Shown: positions 26,495 to 34,975, numbered from the stretch's first letter. The stretch: 64,000 nt of DNA from Candidatus Omnitrophota bacterium (GCA_016196545.1 JACPXM010000016.1:13266-77265); one strand, 5' to 3'. Numbers and translations are program-made. The notes: generated by a model not told the origin, from the letters alone.

Positions 26495-27141
26495 TGACGT
26501 TGCCCTCTGAAGACGCGAGAAAATTAAGACGTGGATTAAGGGATGTTTCCTCACTTTTTCACGGATCTGAAGCCTTAAGTTTGTGTCACCCTTCGATTAA
26601 AAATTCCTCCAAAAGCGGGTCTGTTTTGGCAGCCGTGGATACAACTTACTCACCCGCACCCCGTTTAGGGTTTACTTCGATGCTCTCGTTATTCGCCTCA
26701 AAAATGATTCAAAGGGGCTATGCGTGTAAAATCATCCCATTTTCTGCTCCGGACTCGGAAAGAGAAAAATCAAGGTTGAGCACGTCGATTTTATGGGACT
26801 TTGATTGGGCGCGTCCGGATCAATTTGAAAAAGCCCTACCCCGCGTTGAAAAAGTCATTTTGTGGACTGACGGATCTTATGAGTCCTTTACGGAGACCTT
26901 TAAAATCATAAAAGCCATTCGGCCGCTCAATCAATGGTTGGATTACTATATTCTTTATAAGGGTCCGGCTTCGGATCCAAAAGCGAGTTTATTTTTTGAA
27001 GCTTTCTCCGAGCTTGTTTCCAAAAGGCTTGGGGTGAGTCTTCTGTGGTTAGGCTGTTTGACGGATCCTCTGGCAACGGGGGTTAAAAATGATGACGATA
27101 AACTTGCGTTGGAGGATTTGGCTTTATTAAAAGCCTCTTAA
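26494..27141 (+). CDS. hypothetical partner protein: ParB-like N-terminal peptide plus a possibly degenerate MinD/FlhG-like fold lacking a Walker A
   Basis: N-terminus ARKLRRGLRDVSSLF resembles the GLGRGL-ALL peptide of ParB. The later layout (EKVILWTDGSYESFTETFKIIKAI .. YYILYKG .. LLWLGCLTDP) resembles MinD/FlhG, but there is no GKT. TAATG overlap with the ATPase gene. Confidence 0.45.
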   Translation: MTLPSEDARKLRRGLRDVSSLFHGSEALSLCHPSIKNSSKSGSVLAAVDTTYSPAPRLGFTSMLSLFASKMIQRGYACKIIPFSAPDSEREKSRLSTSILWDFDWARPDQFEKALPRVEKVILWTDGSYESFTETFKIIKAIRPLNQWLDYYILYKGPASDPKASLFFEAFSELVSKRLGVSLLWLGCLTDPLATGVKNDDDKLALEDLALLKAS

Positions 27142-27145
27142 ATGG

Positions 27146-27724
27146 ATGAGTATTCGTCCTGTTTATGAAGTCAGCCCTAAATCGGATATTGCATTAAAAG
27201 AATGCGTTAAATCTTTTAAAAACGAAATCAAACATTTAAATCCCTTCGTTCGGGATCCCGATTTTGAGGGAGAAATTCCTCATGACGACTCCTGTTTTTT
27301 TCTTCAGTCCTCGGAGGCTTTTTTGGCAGCCAAGGTTTTTTACGGGGAGGAAGATAAAGTAAGTTTGCATCAATTTATGAGAGAAGTCGATCAACGCATG
27401 ATTTATTTTTTTTCAACGATTCAATTTCTTATCTTTATTCCCCGTGGGGTATGGGGGGACACGCAGGTCTTAAAGACTCAGGATCGCCGCCTTCATTACA
27501 TAGAATATGAAATTTTAAAAGGCGAAGCCGGGCAGGCGCTCTCCCTCAGGGAATTACGTTGTCCTAATGCAAGCGCTTGCTTTCTTAAAGAAAAGCCGGT
27601 TCCAACAACTTTTTCTGCTCAAACACCTAGGTTAAGTACAGGTTATCCGTATTATCAGCAGGGTCGGCTTTCTCATGATGAACTTTCAGATTTGATTCAG
27701 CTTTCTATCGACTTACAACGTTAG
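27146..27724 (+). CDS. hypothetical protein, third gene of the ParA-like module
   Basis: 192-aa ORF beginning 4 nt after the upstream stop. No recognisable motif. Confidence 0.45.
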   Translation: MSIRPVYEVSPKSDIALKECVKSFKNEIKHLNPFVRDPDFEGEIPHDDSCFFLQSSEAFLAAKVFYGEEDKVSLHQFMREVDQRMIYFFSTIQFLIFIPRGVWGDTQVLKTQDRRLHYIEYEILKGEAGQALSLRELRCPNASACFLKEKPVPTTFSAQTPRLSTGYPYYQQGRLSHDELSDLIQLSIDLQR

Positions 27725-27754
27725 TCTTTCGATTTTCCATTCATTTTTTCGACC

Positions 27755-27783
27755 TTGCTGAAGATGCCACTCTTCCCTATAAT
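27755..27783 (+). promoter_or_regulatory. sigma70-type promoter of the 27831 gene
   Basis: TTGCTG, 17-nt spacer, TATAAT. Confidence 0.5.
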
Positions 27784-27830
27784 TTGGACCCATATGCCCT
27801 CCTTAGGCAAAAAGGGGGGAGGAAAGGTTA

Positions 27831-28565
27831 ATGGGCAAATCCCTTATGACGCAAGTTCAGGTTAAGGAAAGTATCGACATTTTAAAAAAGGCCCAGGAGA
27901 TTGATCGCGAGCTCTATGGAACGCTGCATCGGCTTGAAGATATTCCGGAGGAGAAGGCGCGTCTTGATCAAGAATTTGAACTGAAAAAAGAAAGGCTTCG
28001 CGAACTCGAAACCGCATTTAAAAAACTTCAGTTGTCTCAAAAAGAAAAAGAAGGTCAATTGGGGCAAAAGGAAGGCCAAGTCAATAAACTTGAAGGCCAA
28101 TTAAGTCAGGTTAAAACCAATAAAGAATACAGCGCATTGCAGCAGGAAATCGCCTCGCTGAAAGCTGACAATTCTCTCCTCGAAGAGGACATTATTAAAA
28201 TTTTGGATGAGGTAGAGGCCGCGGAAGAAGCGGTTAAAAAAGAAAGAGAAAATTTAAAAGCTGTCGAAAAAGAGTTTGCTATGCTTCGAAATGAACTTTC
28301 GGAAAAGGAGAAAAAGTTTAAAGAAAATGAACAAAGATTACGCCAGGCACGCCTAGAGATTTTGGCAAAAATCGCTCCAGAAGTTCGCGAGCTCTACGAT
28401 GTGATTGTGAAGAAAAAAAGGGGCATGGGCCTTGCCAAAGTTTACGACGAAAATTGCAGTGGTTGTCAGCTTGCCCTCCGTCCCCAGCTTCTCAATGAAG
28501 TGCGTCTTGCCCAAACCTTAGTGGTTTGTGAAAACTGCTCCCGCATTCTCTATTTCGAAGATTAA
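27831..28565 (+). CDS. coiled-coil protein with C-terminal C4 zinc ribbon (COG1579-like)
   Basis: 244 aa. Long heptad region followed by CSGCQLALRPQ .. VVCENCSRILY. Confidence 0.7.
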   Translation: MGKSLMTQVQVKESIDILKKAQEIDRELYGTLHRLEDIPEEKARLDQEFELKKERLRELETAFKKLQLSQKEKEGQLGQKEGQVNKLEGQLSQVKTNKEYSALQQEIASLKADNSLLEEDIIKILDEVEAAEEAVKKERENLKAVEKEFAMLRNELSEKEKKFKENEQRLRQARLEILAKIAPEVRELYDVIVKKKRGMGLAKVYDENCSGCQLALRPQLLNEVRLAQTLVVCENCSRILYFED

Positions 28566-28700
28566 ATTTCCCCGCTGTCCCACTTTTGTCTGATCTTGCC
28601 TCAAGGGTATCTATTCCTTGGGGGACTTCCCCTCTAGCATACTACCACTTGCGTTTCCCAATATAGAAGCCAATAACACCCTAAAATTGTGAATATTTTA

Positions 28701-28729
28701 TTGACACCCTCTTTAGAGATAGATATACT
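28701..28729 (+). promoter_or_regulatory. dcw-cluster promoter (Pmra-like)
   Basis: TTGACA (28701-28706), 17-nt spacer, TATACT (28724-28729). Confidence 0.65.
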
Positions 28730-28743
28730 CCAGCCGATAATAA

Positions 28744-28768
28744 AGTGGTGAAAAGTGGTGGATAGTGG
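28744..28768 (+). promoter_or_regulatory. putative MraZ operator: three direct AGTGG repeats at exact 10-bp spacing
   Basis: AAAGTGGTGAAAAGTGGTGGATAGTGGAG, with AGTGG at 28744, 28754 and 28764. Lies between the -10 hexamer and the mraZ ATG. Confidence 0.6.
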
Positions 28769-28795
28769 AGAATAAACCGAAGGTGGTACTGACCC

Positions 28796-29236
28796 ATGTT
28801 TTATGGTGAATACGCTCATACGTTAGATAGCAAAGGACGTGTGATTATCCCCGCCAAATTCCGGGAAATTTTCAAAGAACAATATGTCGAAAAGTTTTAT
28901 CTCACCCGAGGTTTGGATCAATGCCTCTTTGTGTTTACCGAAGAAACCTGGAAGAGTCAGGAAAAAAAATTCCGCGAACTTCCCTTTACCAAGGGAGAAG
29001 CCCGCCGATTTAATCGGCTTTATTTTTCCGGGGCCTGTGACGTGGTCTGTGATAAGCAGGGGCGAATCCTTATTCCGGAATATCTAAAAAATTATGGTGG
29101 GATCAAAGAGGAAGTCATGATCATCGGCGTTTCCGATCGCATTGAAATTTGGGCTAGGGAAAAATGGAATGAGTTTTACGATTCGAATAAAGGAAATTTT
29201 GAAGATCTTGCGGAAAAATTAATTAGCGAGCCATAA
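28796..29236 (+). CDS. mraZ: transcriptional regulator MraZ
   Basis: Starts MFYGEYAHTLDSKGRVIIPAKFR, with a second SpoVT-AbrB repeat DKQGRILIPEYL. Confidence 0.93.
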   Translation: MFYGEYAHTLDSKGRVIIPAKFREIFKEQYVEKFYLTRGLDQCLFVFTEETWKSQEKKFRELPFTKGEARRFNRLYFSGACDVVCDKQGRILIPEYLKNYGGIKEEVMIIGVSDRIEIWAREKWNEFYDSNKGNFEDLAEKLISEP

Positions 29237-29265
29237 ATCATAACCACGTGAAATCAGGAGGGGCA

Positions 29266-29604
29266 ATGGCCTATCGATCAAGATGTAAAATGGGGGTTGA
29301 AGTTTTAAAGTTTCAAGGGGATTTGAACGCTCAGGAAATGATTCGAATCAAAAGTTCTCTGACGCGGCTTTTAAACAAGAATCATAAAAAGCTTCTTCTA
29401 GATTTAAAAGAAGCTAAACATGTGGAATTGGCGGGTCTGGGGATTTTAATCGACCGCTTGATGAAAGTCCGGGAGCTTAAAGGCGATATCAAACTTCTTC
29501 ATCTTCGTCCCGAAGTTGAGCAGACTTTCCGTATGATCGGTGTAGGCAATTTAATGGAATCTTACACAAGTGAAGAAGAGGCGATTCGGAGCTTTGCCGC
29601 ATAA
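29266..29604 (+). CDS. STAS-domain protein (anti-sigma-factor-antagonist fold)
   Basis: VEVLKFQGDLNAQEMIRIKSSLTRLL .. LLLDLKEAKHVELAGLGILIDRLMKVRELKGDIKLLHLRPEVEQTFRMIGV. The position of the phosphorylatable Ser reads Ala (VELAGLG). ATG 29266 has SD AGGAGGGG. Confidence 0.65.
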   Translation: MAYRSRCKMGVEVLKFQGDLNAQEMIRIKSSLTRLLNKNHKKLLLDLKEAKHVELAGLGILIDRLMKVRELKGDIKLLHLRPEVEQTFRMIGVGNLMESYTSEEEAIRSFAA

Positions 29605-30481
29605 ACCGGTTCTGCTTAAGGAGGCGCTTGAGCTTCTTCACCTTGGTCCCGGATCTGTGGTTGTTGACGGTACGCTGGGATCAGGGGGGCATAGTCTAGA
29701 AATTCTGAAACAAATGGATGCCGAGGGGTGTCTTATCGCTCTGGATCAGGATCCCGAAAGCCTGAAGCGGTGCCAACCGCTCTTTGAAAAAGATTCACGG
29801 GTTTCTCTTCACCACTCGAATTATCTTGAAATGGACCAAGTCCTTGAAAGGCTTAATGTTAAAGCGGTGGATGCCGTAATATTAGACATCGGAGTTTCCT
29901 TAGATCAGTTGGAATCCTCCGAGCGAGGTTTTAGTTTTCTGAGAATCGGGCCTTTGGATATGAGAATGAATCCGTATCAATCCGTGAGCGCACGCGATCT
30001 TATCCATGATCTTTCACAAAAAGAGTTAGAGGCAATTTTTCGTAACTACGGGGAAGAACGGTTGAGCCGAAAATTTTCCGAGCGGATTTGCAAAGCGAGA
30101 GAGAGTGAAAGGATTGAGACTACGGAAGATTTGATAAGAGTTCTCCTTGGAAGGCGAAGCGGCACTAAACCTGCTGGGCTAAGGCGGCATCCGGCCACAA
30201 AAGTTTTTCAAGCGCTTCGCATTGCAGTGAATGATGAACTCGAGGTACTTAAGGAAGGCTTGCCGAGAATTTGGAAATCGATTAAAGTAGGAGGCCGTTT
30301 GGTGGTTCTTAGCTTTCATTCGCTTGAAGATCGAATCGTGAAACAAACATTTCGAGAATGGGCGCGATCCGGCGAGGCCTTCGATTTGACAAAAAAGCCC
30401 ATGATGCCGACCCGTGAAGAAATGAGAATCAATCGTCAGAGTCGCAGCGCAAAGCTCAGGGCGGTTGAAAAAATTAGATGA
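29570..30481 (+). CDS. rsmH: 16S rRNA (cytosine1402-N4)-methyltransferase
   Basis: Motifs HKPVLLKEALELL, VDGTLGSGGHS, LDIGVS and SFHSLEDRIVK. The start is uncertain: GTG 29570 or TTG 29594. Confidence 0.9.
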   Translation: MKKRRFGALPHKPVLLKEALELLHLGPGSVVVDGTLGSGGHSLEILKQMDAEGCLIALDQDPESLKRCQPLFEKDSRVSLHHSNYLEMDQVLERLNVKAVDAVILDIGVSLDQLESSERGFSFLRIGPLDMRMNPYQSVSARDLIHDLSQKELEAIFRNYGEERLSRKFSERICKARESERIETTEDLIRVLLGRRSGTKPAGLRRHPATKVFQALRIAVNDELEVLKEGLPRIWKSIKVGGRLVVLSFHSLEDRIVKQTFREWARSGEAFDLTKKPMMPTREEMRINRQSRSAKLRAVEKIR

Positions 30482-30864
30482 AAGATGCCTTAAAAACCAT
30501 TCTTGTAATTGCCGGGATTACGGGATTATTTGTGACGTACGTCCACGAACAGATCTCGCTTTTTAAAATCTCCTTTGTCCTGGACCAGCAGTACGAGTCT
30601 CTAAACCGCAAGGCGGAGGAATACCGCCGTCTTAAATTTGAGGTTGACCAGAGGAAGGCGCCGCGTGTCTTAGAGCAAAAAATGAAAGAACTCGAACTGG
30701 ATTTAACGCTTCCCAAAGAAATTCGGGTGTTTCGGCTTGCGCCCAAGCCCGAGGCAGTTCTTGCGTCGGCTTCCGCACCTCCAACGTTTCATCCCTTCTC
30801 CAGCAGTTTAATGGATTTTCTTGGCCGCTGGATTGAGGTTGCACAGGCCAAAACTGATTCCTGA
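30478..30864 (+). CDS. ftsL: FtsL-like cell-division membrane protein
   Basis: 128 aa: a single TM helix (ILVIAGITGLFVTYV) then a coiled segment. Canonical position between rsmH and ftsI, with an ATGA overlap. Confidence 0.6.
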   Translation: MKDALKTILVIAGITGLFVTYVHEQISLFKISFVLDQQYESLNRKAEEYRRLKFEVDQRKAPRVLEQKMKELELDLTLPKEIRVFRLAPKPEAVLASASAPPTFHPFSSSLMDFLGRWIEVAQAKTDS

Positions 30865-30872
30865 CGAAAAGC

Positions 30873-32660
30873 ATGGGATCCCGCATTTCCCACAAGCGTT
30901 TTTGGTCCCTCAATCTCACGGTTGCATTGTTTTTTGTCATTATTCTTTACCAATTATTGCAGCTTGCTGTCATTCGCCAAAATGCCCTTCTTTCAATGGC
31001 AGACAGACAGCATCAGTTGACGGTGGAAACTCCGCCCCTGCGCGGACAAATTCTCGATTCCCAGGGCAGGGAATTGGCCACTAATTTAAAAGTCCCTTCC
31101 ATTTACGCCGTCCCGAAAATTATTCGAAAACAGGATCGTGACAGCTGGGCAGCAAAGGTAAGTCCCCTTCTGGGTTTAAGCGAAACTTTTACCAAAGAAC
31201 GTTTAAACCGGGAAAAATCCTTTGTCTGGCTTAAACGCAAGGTGAGTCCGGAAGCGGAAATGAAAATCAAGAAACTTGAAACTCCGGCATTTGGCATCGT
31301 CGAGGAGTACCGCCGTTATTACCCGCAGGGGGATCTTCTTTCCCACGTTCTTGGTTTTACCAATATTGACAGTGAGGGCTTGGAAGGCCTGGAGATGACT
31401 CTCAACCGTGAACTCGAAGGACGTCCGGGTCGTCGGCAAACCAAGCGTGACGCCCTTGGCCGTGAAATCAAGGCCTTTGAAGTCAAAATGATTCCTGCCC
31501 TTGATGGCCACCGGGTGCATCTGACCGTGGATCAGCAGCTTCAATATTTGACGGAGCGCGCCCTTGAGAAGGCCTTTAAGGATTGGAAGGCGAAGGGGGC
31601 CTGGGCCATTCTCATGGAAGCCAAAACCGGAAAGATTTTGGCGATGGCGAACCGCCCAACTTTTAATGGAAATCAATATGAGACATCCCCCGCAGATTTG
31701 AGGCGCAATCGGGCGCTTACAGATATGTTTGAGCCGGGGTCTATTTTTAAAATCGTGGCGGCCGCGGCCGCTCTCAATGAAGGAAAAGTTACCCCAGAAT
31801 CAAAAATAGACTGTGAAAATGGGGACTATCGCTACGGCTCGAAAGTCCTGCACGACGTTCATCCCTACGGTCTTCTAAGTTTTGAAGACGTAATTTCAAA
31901 ATCCAGCAATATCGGAACGGTGAAGGCGGCTGCCAAACTAGCACCAGAGGTCTTTCACGCTTATATCGAGGCCTTTGGATTCGGAAGGCTCTCAGGAATT
32001 GATTTGCCCGGGGAAGTACCGGGCTACACGCGCCCCCCGAAGGAATGGTCAAAAACCTCACCGTACAATATTCCTATCGGACAGGAAGTGCTTGTCACGG
32101 CGCTTCAAATGACGAATGCGATGGCGATCATTGCCAATGGCGGTTCGCTCATGAGGCCCTATGTGGTTTCAAAAATAGAAGATCAAGCGGGGGTGACGCT
32201 ACGCCGGCAACATCCCAAAATCATTCGTTCAGGCATCATTCGTCCGGAGATTGCAGCTATTATACGCAGAATTTTAGTCAAGGCCGTCCATGAAGGGACC
32301 GGAAAAAAAGCAAAAATCCCGGGCATTTCTGTGGGCGGAAAAACGGGAACGGCGCAAAAAACCCTTCCCGGCGGGGGATATTCCCACAGTAACTTTGTAT
32401 CTTCATTTATCGGATTTGCTCCTGCGGAAGATCCGCTGCTTGTCATGACGGTAGGGGTGGATGATCCCAAGCCGCTTTATTACGGAGGCACGGTGGCTGC
32501 TCCGGTATTTAAGGAGGTTGTGGAGGCCGCCCTCTATACGCTGGGGTATGTGCCGCCGGAATCTATGCCGGTGGACGCCGCTTTGAAAAAGACCGTGCGA
32601 AATCTTCAAGCCAATTCGCCCAAACTTCAACCGGCCGAAGTTTTGGGTAAAGGATTGTAG
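30873..32660 (+). CDS. ftsI: class B penicillin-binding protein (FtsI/PBP3-type transpeptidase)
   Basis: N-terminal TM helix and dimerisation domain. Motifs SxxK (GSIFKIVAAAAAL), SxN (KSSNIG) and KTGTAQK. Confidence 0.88.
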   Translation: MGSRISHKRFWSLNLTVALFFVIILYQLLQLAVIRQNALLSMADRQHQLTVETPPLRGQILDSQGRELATNLKVPSIYAVPKIIRKQDRDSWAAKVSPLLGLSETFTKERLNREKSFVWLKRKVSPEAEMKIKKLETPAFGIVEEYRRYYPQGDLLSHVLGFTNIDSEGLEGLEMTLNRELEGRPGRRQTKRDALGREIKAFEVKMIPALDGHRVHLTVDQQLQYLTERALEKAFKDWKAKGAWAILMEAKTGKILAMANRPTFNGNQYETSPADLRRNRALTDMFEPGSIFKIVAAAAALNEGKVTPESKIDCENGDYRYGSKVLHDVHPYGLLSFEDVISKSSNIGTVKAAAKLAPEVFHAYIEAFGFGRLSGIDLPGEVPGYTRPPKEWSKTSPYNIPIGQEVLVTALQMTNAMAIIANGGSLMRPYVVSKIEDQAGVTLRRQHPKIIRSGIIRPEIAAIIRRILVKAVHEGTGKKAKIPGISVGGKTGTAQKTLPGGGYSHSNFVSSFIGFAPAEDPLLVMTVGVDDPKPLYYGGTVAAPVFKEVVEAALYTLGYVPPESMPVDAALKKTVRNLQANSPKLQPAEVLGKGL

Positions 32661-33507
32661 CCTCGACAATTCCCGCTGGACAGGTGACATTGATTTCCAG
32701 CAATTTTCCGGCCCGCACGTCAAGTCCGACAAAATATAATCCCTGACGGAGTAAATACGGTTTTAAATCCCGGGCCAATTCTTTTTCGACTTGGCTGATT
32801 TGCGAGGGGAAAAATTTTGCGCCCAAACCCAGATTGGCCCGAAACTCTCCCGAAACCGGTCGTTTTTCATAGGCCCAAAGGGGATTTCCGTTTAAAAGAA
32901 CAATTCTTTTTTCATGCTGTCCTTTAGGCAGGGGCACGAATCTTTGGGCCATAATCATTTGTTTTCCGTCCAAAGTGGATTTTTGGATCCGTCTCTTGAA
33001 TTTTTTTTCCTTATTTTGAATCAAAAGGACGCCTTTCCCGCCTTTTAAATGAAGTGGCTTTAAAACCATGGCGTATTTTAATTGCCGATAGAATTGGAGG
33101 ATCTCTTCGGCGGAGCTCGAAACAAGTGTTTCGGGAATCCATCGGGGAAATAAGAGACAACTGAGTTTTTCTCCGGTATTGCGTATTCCTGCCGGATGAT
33201 TGACGAACGGCACGCAATGGGCCTCAAGCTCAAGCAAATGAGTCAGCGTCGTATAGTGCTCGTCAAAAGGCGGTTCTTTTCTTAAGAGCACAAGATCAAA
33301 ATCCCTCAGGGCCCATTTTTTAGAGGAAGAAATTTTAAAATCATCCCTTGCGCTTAGCCAAATCCGGTTTTGCTCGGTCCAAATGCCGGACGGGTCGGCC
33401 GCCCAGCACTTGTGCCGTCTTTGACGCATTTCGGCCATTAAAAAAAGAGAACTGTCCCAGTTGAAATCAAGCCTTTCAAGTGGGTCGATGATGAAGAGAA
33501 TGCGCAT
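32563..33507 (-). CDS. gshB: glutathione synthetase (ATP-grasp)
   Basis: Starts MRILFIIDPLERLDFNWDSSLFLMAEMRQRRH, like prokaryotic GshB. ATP-grasp C-terminal half ending LEINVTCPAG. Confidence 0.8.
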   Translation of the reverse strand: MRILFIIDPLERLDFNWDSSLFLMAEMRQRRHKCWAADPSGIWTEQNRIWLSARDDFKISSSKKWALRDFDLVLLRKEPPFDEHYTTLTHLLELEAHCVPFVNHPAGIRNTGEKLSCLLFPRWIPETLVSSSAEEILQFYRQLKYAMVLKPLHLKGGKGVLLIQNKEKKFKRRIQKSTLDGKQMIMAQRFVPLPKGQHEKRIVLLNGNPLWAYEKRPVSGEFRANLGLGAKFFPSQISQVEKELARDLKPYLLRQGLYFVGLDVRAGKLLEINVTCPAGIVEATILYPKLRPVEVWANWLEDFARSFSKRRPPA

Positions 33508-33577
33508 AATCTAAGATTGTCTTCCCCCTGGAATTGGATTATTCTAACCCAAGTTCCCAAAAGGAGAACGGATTTTT

Positions 33578-34948
33578 ATGAGTACCTTTATCGGCCAAAC
33601 GCAATCCAAATTCATACGTTCGGAAGAAGAACTTTCGGATTATTTTTCCCGTCACATTAAATCGAGGAATAAACTTCAAGTGGGTCTCGAAGCCGAGTTT
33701 TTGGGAGTCCATCTCAGCACGGGAAAAGCGCTGCCTTATGAAGGCCCTTTCGGAATTCACGCCGTTTTAAAGTATTTGGCCTCCCACTTTGGGTATGAGC
33801 CCGTTCGTGAAAATGGAAACATTATCGCGCTAAGCCGCGGGGATAATTTTATTTCTCTGGAACCCGGAGGACAGGTGGAACTCAGTGCGCCTCCGGTTCA
33901 CAATGTGTTCGATATGGAACATCAAATCCAGGCTTTTTTCAAAGAACTTGGCGAGTGCCGGAAAGAAATGCCGGACATTGGCTGGCTTGCCTACGGAATT
34001 CAACCCTTCAGCCGGCTTGAAGAAGTGAGCTGGGTTCCCAAACAGCGCTATGCCATTCTGGCCGAATACATGAAGCCGCGCGGGATGCTTTCTCATCACA
34101 TGATGAAATTGACAGCTACCAATCAAATCAATTTGGATTATTGGTCAGAAGACCATGCCATGATGAGCCTCAAGGTGGCGCTGGGAATCACCTCGATGGT
34201 TTCCGCATTTTTCGCAAACTCTCCCTTTTCAGAAGGCCGTCCCAATGGATTTCTGACGCGCCGACTTGAAATCTGGAATCATACCTCGCCCGACCGCTCA
34301 GGGCTCATCGTGGAGTTTACGAAAGAAGGATTGAGGTTTAGGGATTATCTGGAATACATTCTTGAGATGCCGCTCATTTTTATCGTACGTGAGGAAAAAT
34401 GGATCGCTGTGGGAGATAGAACCTTCCGGCAGTTTATTCAAAAAGGGTTTCAGGGTTATCAGGCAACGCTGGGGGATTATGAGCTTCATCTGAGCACAGC
34501 CTTCCCCGAAGTCCGACTCAAACAATATTTGGAAATTCGGGGAATGGATGGGCAAAGTGCGGATATGATTTGTGCCGCGGCGGCATTCTGGAAGGGAATC
34601 CTTTATGATGAAACAGCGCTGGAATTGGCCTGGAAATTAGTTTCCTTCGCAAGCGAAACCGATCGCTTGGAACTGCACCGCAGTGTCCCGCGGGAAGGCC
34701 TTAAAGCCACGCTCGGCGACAGGCCCATTTTAGCCATCGTCCGGGAATTGGTGGAAATATCCTGTGCAAGTCTGGCGCGCCAGGGAGAAAACGAAGCGAG
34801 TAGAGATGAATGTACCTTTCTGGCGCGCATACGCGAAAAGCTTGCCAAGCCCGGAAAGTCCCCCGCGGATATTCTGCTTGAAAAATGGGACAAGGACCTA
34901 AGCAAATCCCCCGAAGCACTCCTTGATTATTTGAAGGCCGTCCCTTAA
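33578..34948 (+). CDS. gshA: glutamate-cysteine ligase (GCS2/plant-type family)
   Basis: 456 aa. Motifs VGLEAEFLGV, ISLEPGGQVELS and RGMDG. Divergently paired with gshB. Confidence 0.7.
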   Translation: MSTFIGQTQSKFIRSEEELSDYFSRHIKSRNKLQVGLEAEFLGVHLSTGKALPYEGPFGIHAVLKYLASHFGYEPVRENGNIIALSRGDNFISLEPGGQVELSAPPVHNVFDMEHQIQAFFKELGECRKEMPDIGWLAYGIQPFSRLEEVSWVPKQRYAILAEYMKPRGMLSHHMMKLTATNQINLDYWSEDHAMMSLKVALGITSMVSAFFANSPFSEGRPNGFLTRRLEIWNHTSPDRSGLIVEFTKEGLRFRDYLEYILEMPLIFIVREEKWIAVGDRTFRQFIQKGFQGYQATLGDYELHLSTAFPEVRLKQYLEIRGMDGQSADMICAAAAFWKGILYDETALELAWKLVSFASETDRLELHRSVPREGLKATLGDRPILAIVRELVEISCASLARQGENEASRDECTFLARIREKLAKPGKSPADILLEKWDKDLSKSPEALLDYLKAVP

Positions 34949-34975
34949 AATCAAAAACTTTCTCCCTTTTATCGG

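Noticed and set aside
28634-28819. 61-aa minus-strand ORF across the mraZ upstream region
   Set aside because: It covers the promoter, the three MraZ boxes and the mraZ start codon. The regulatory reading explains the sequence.
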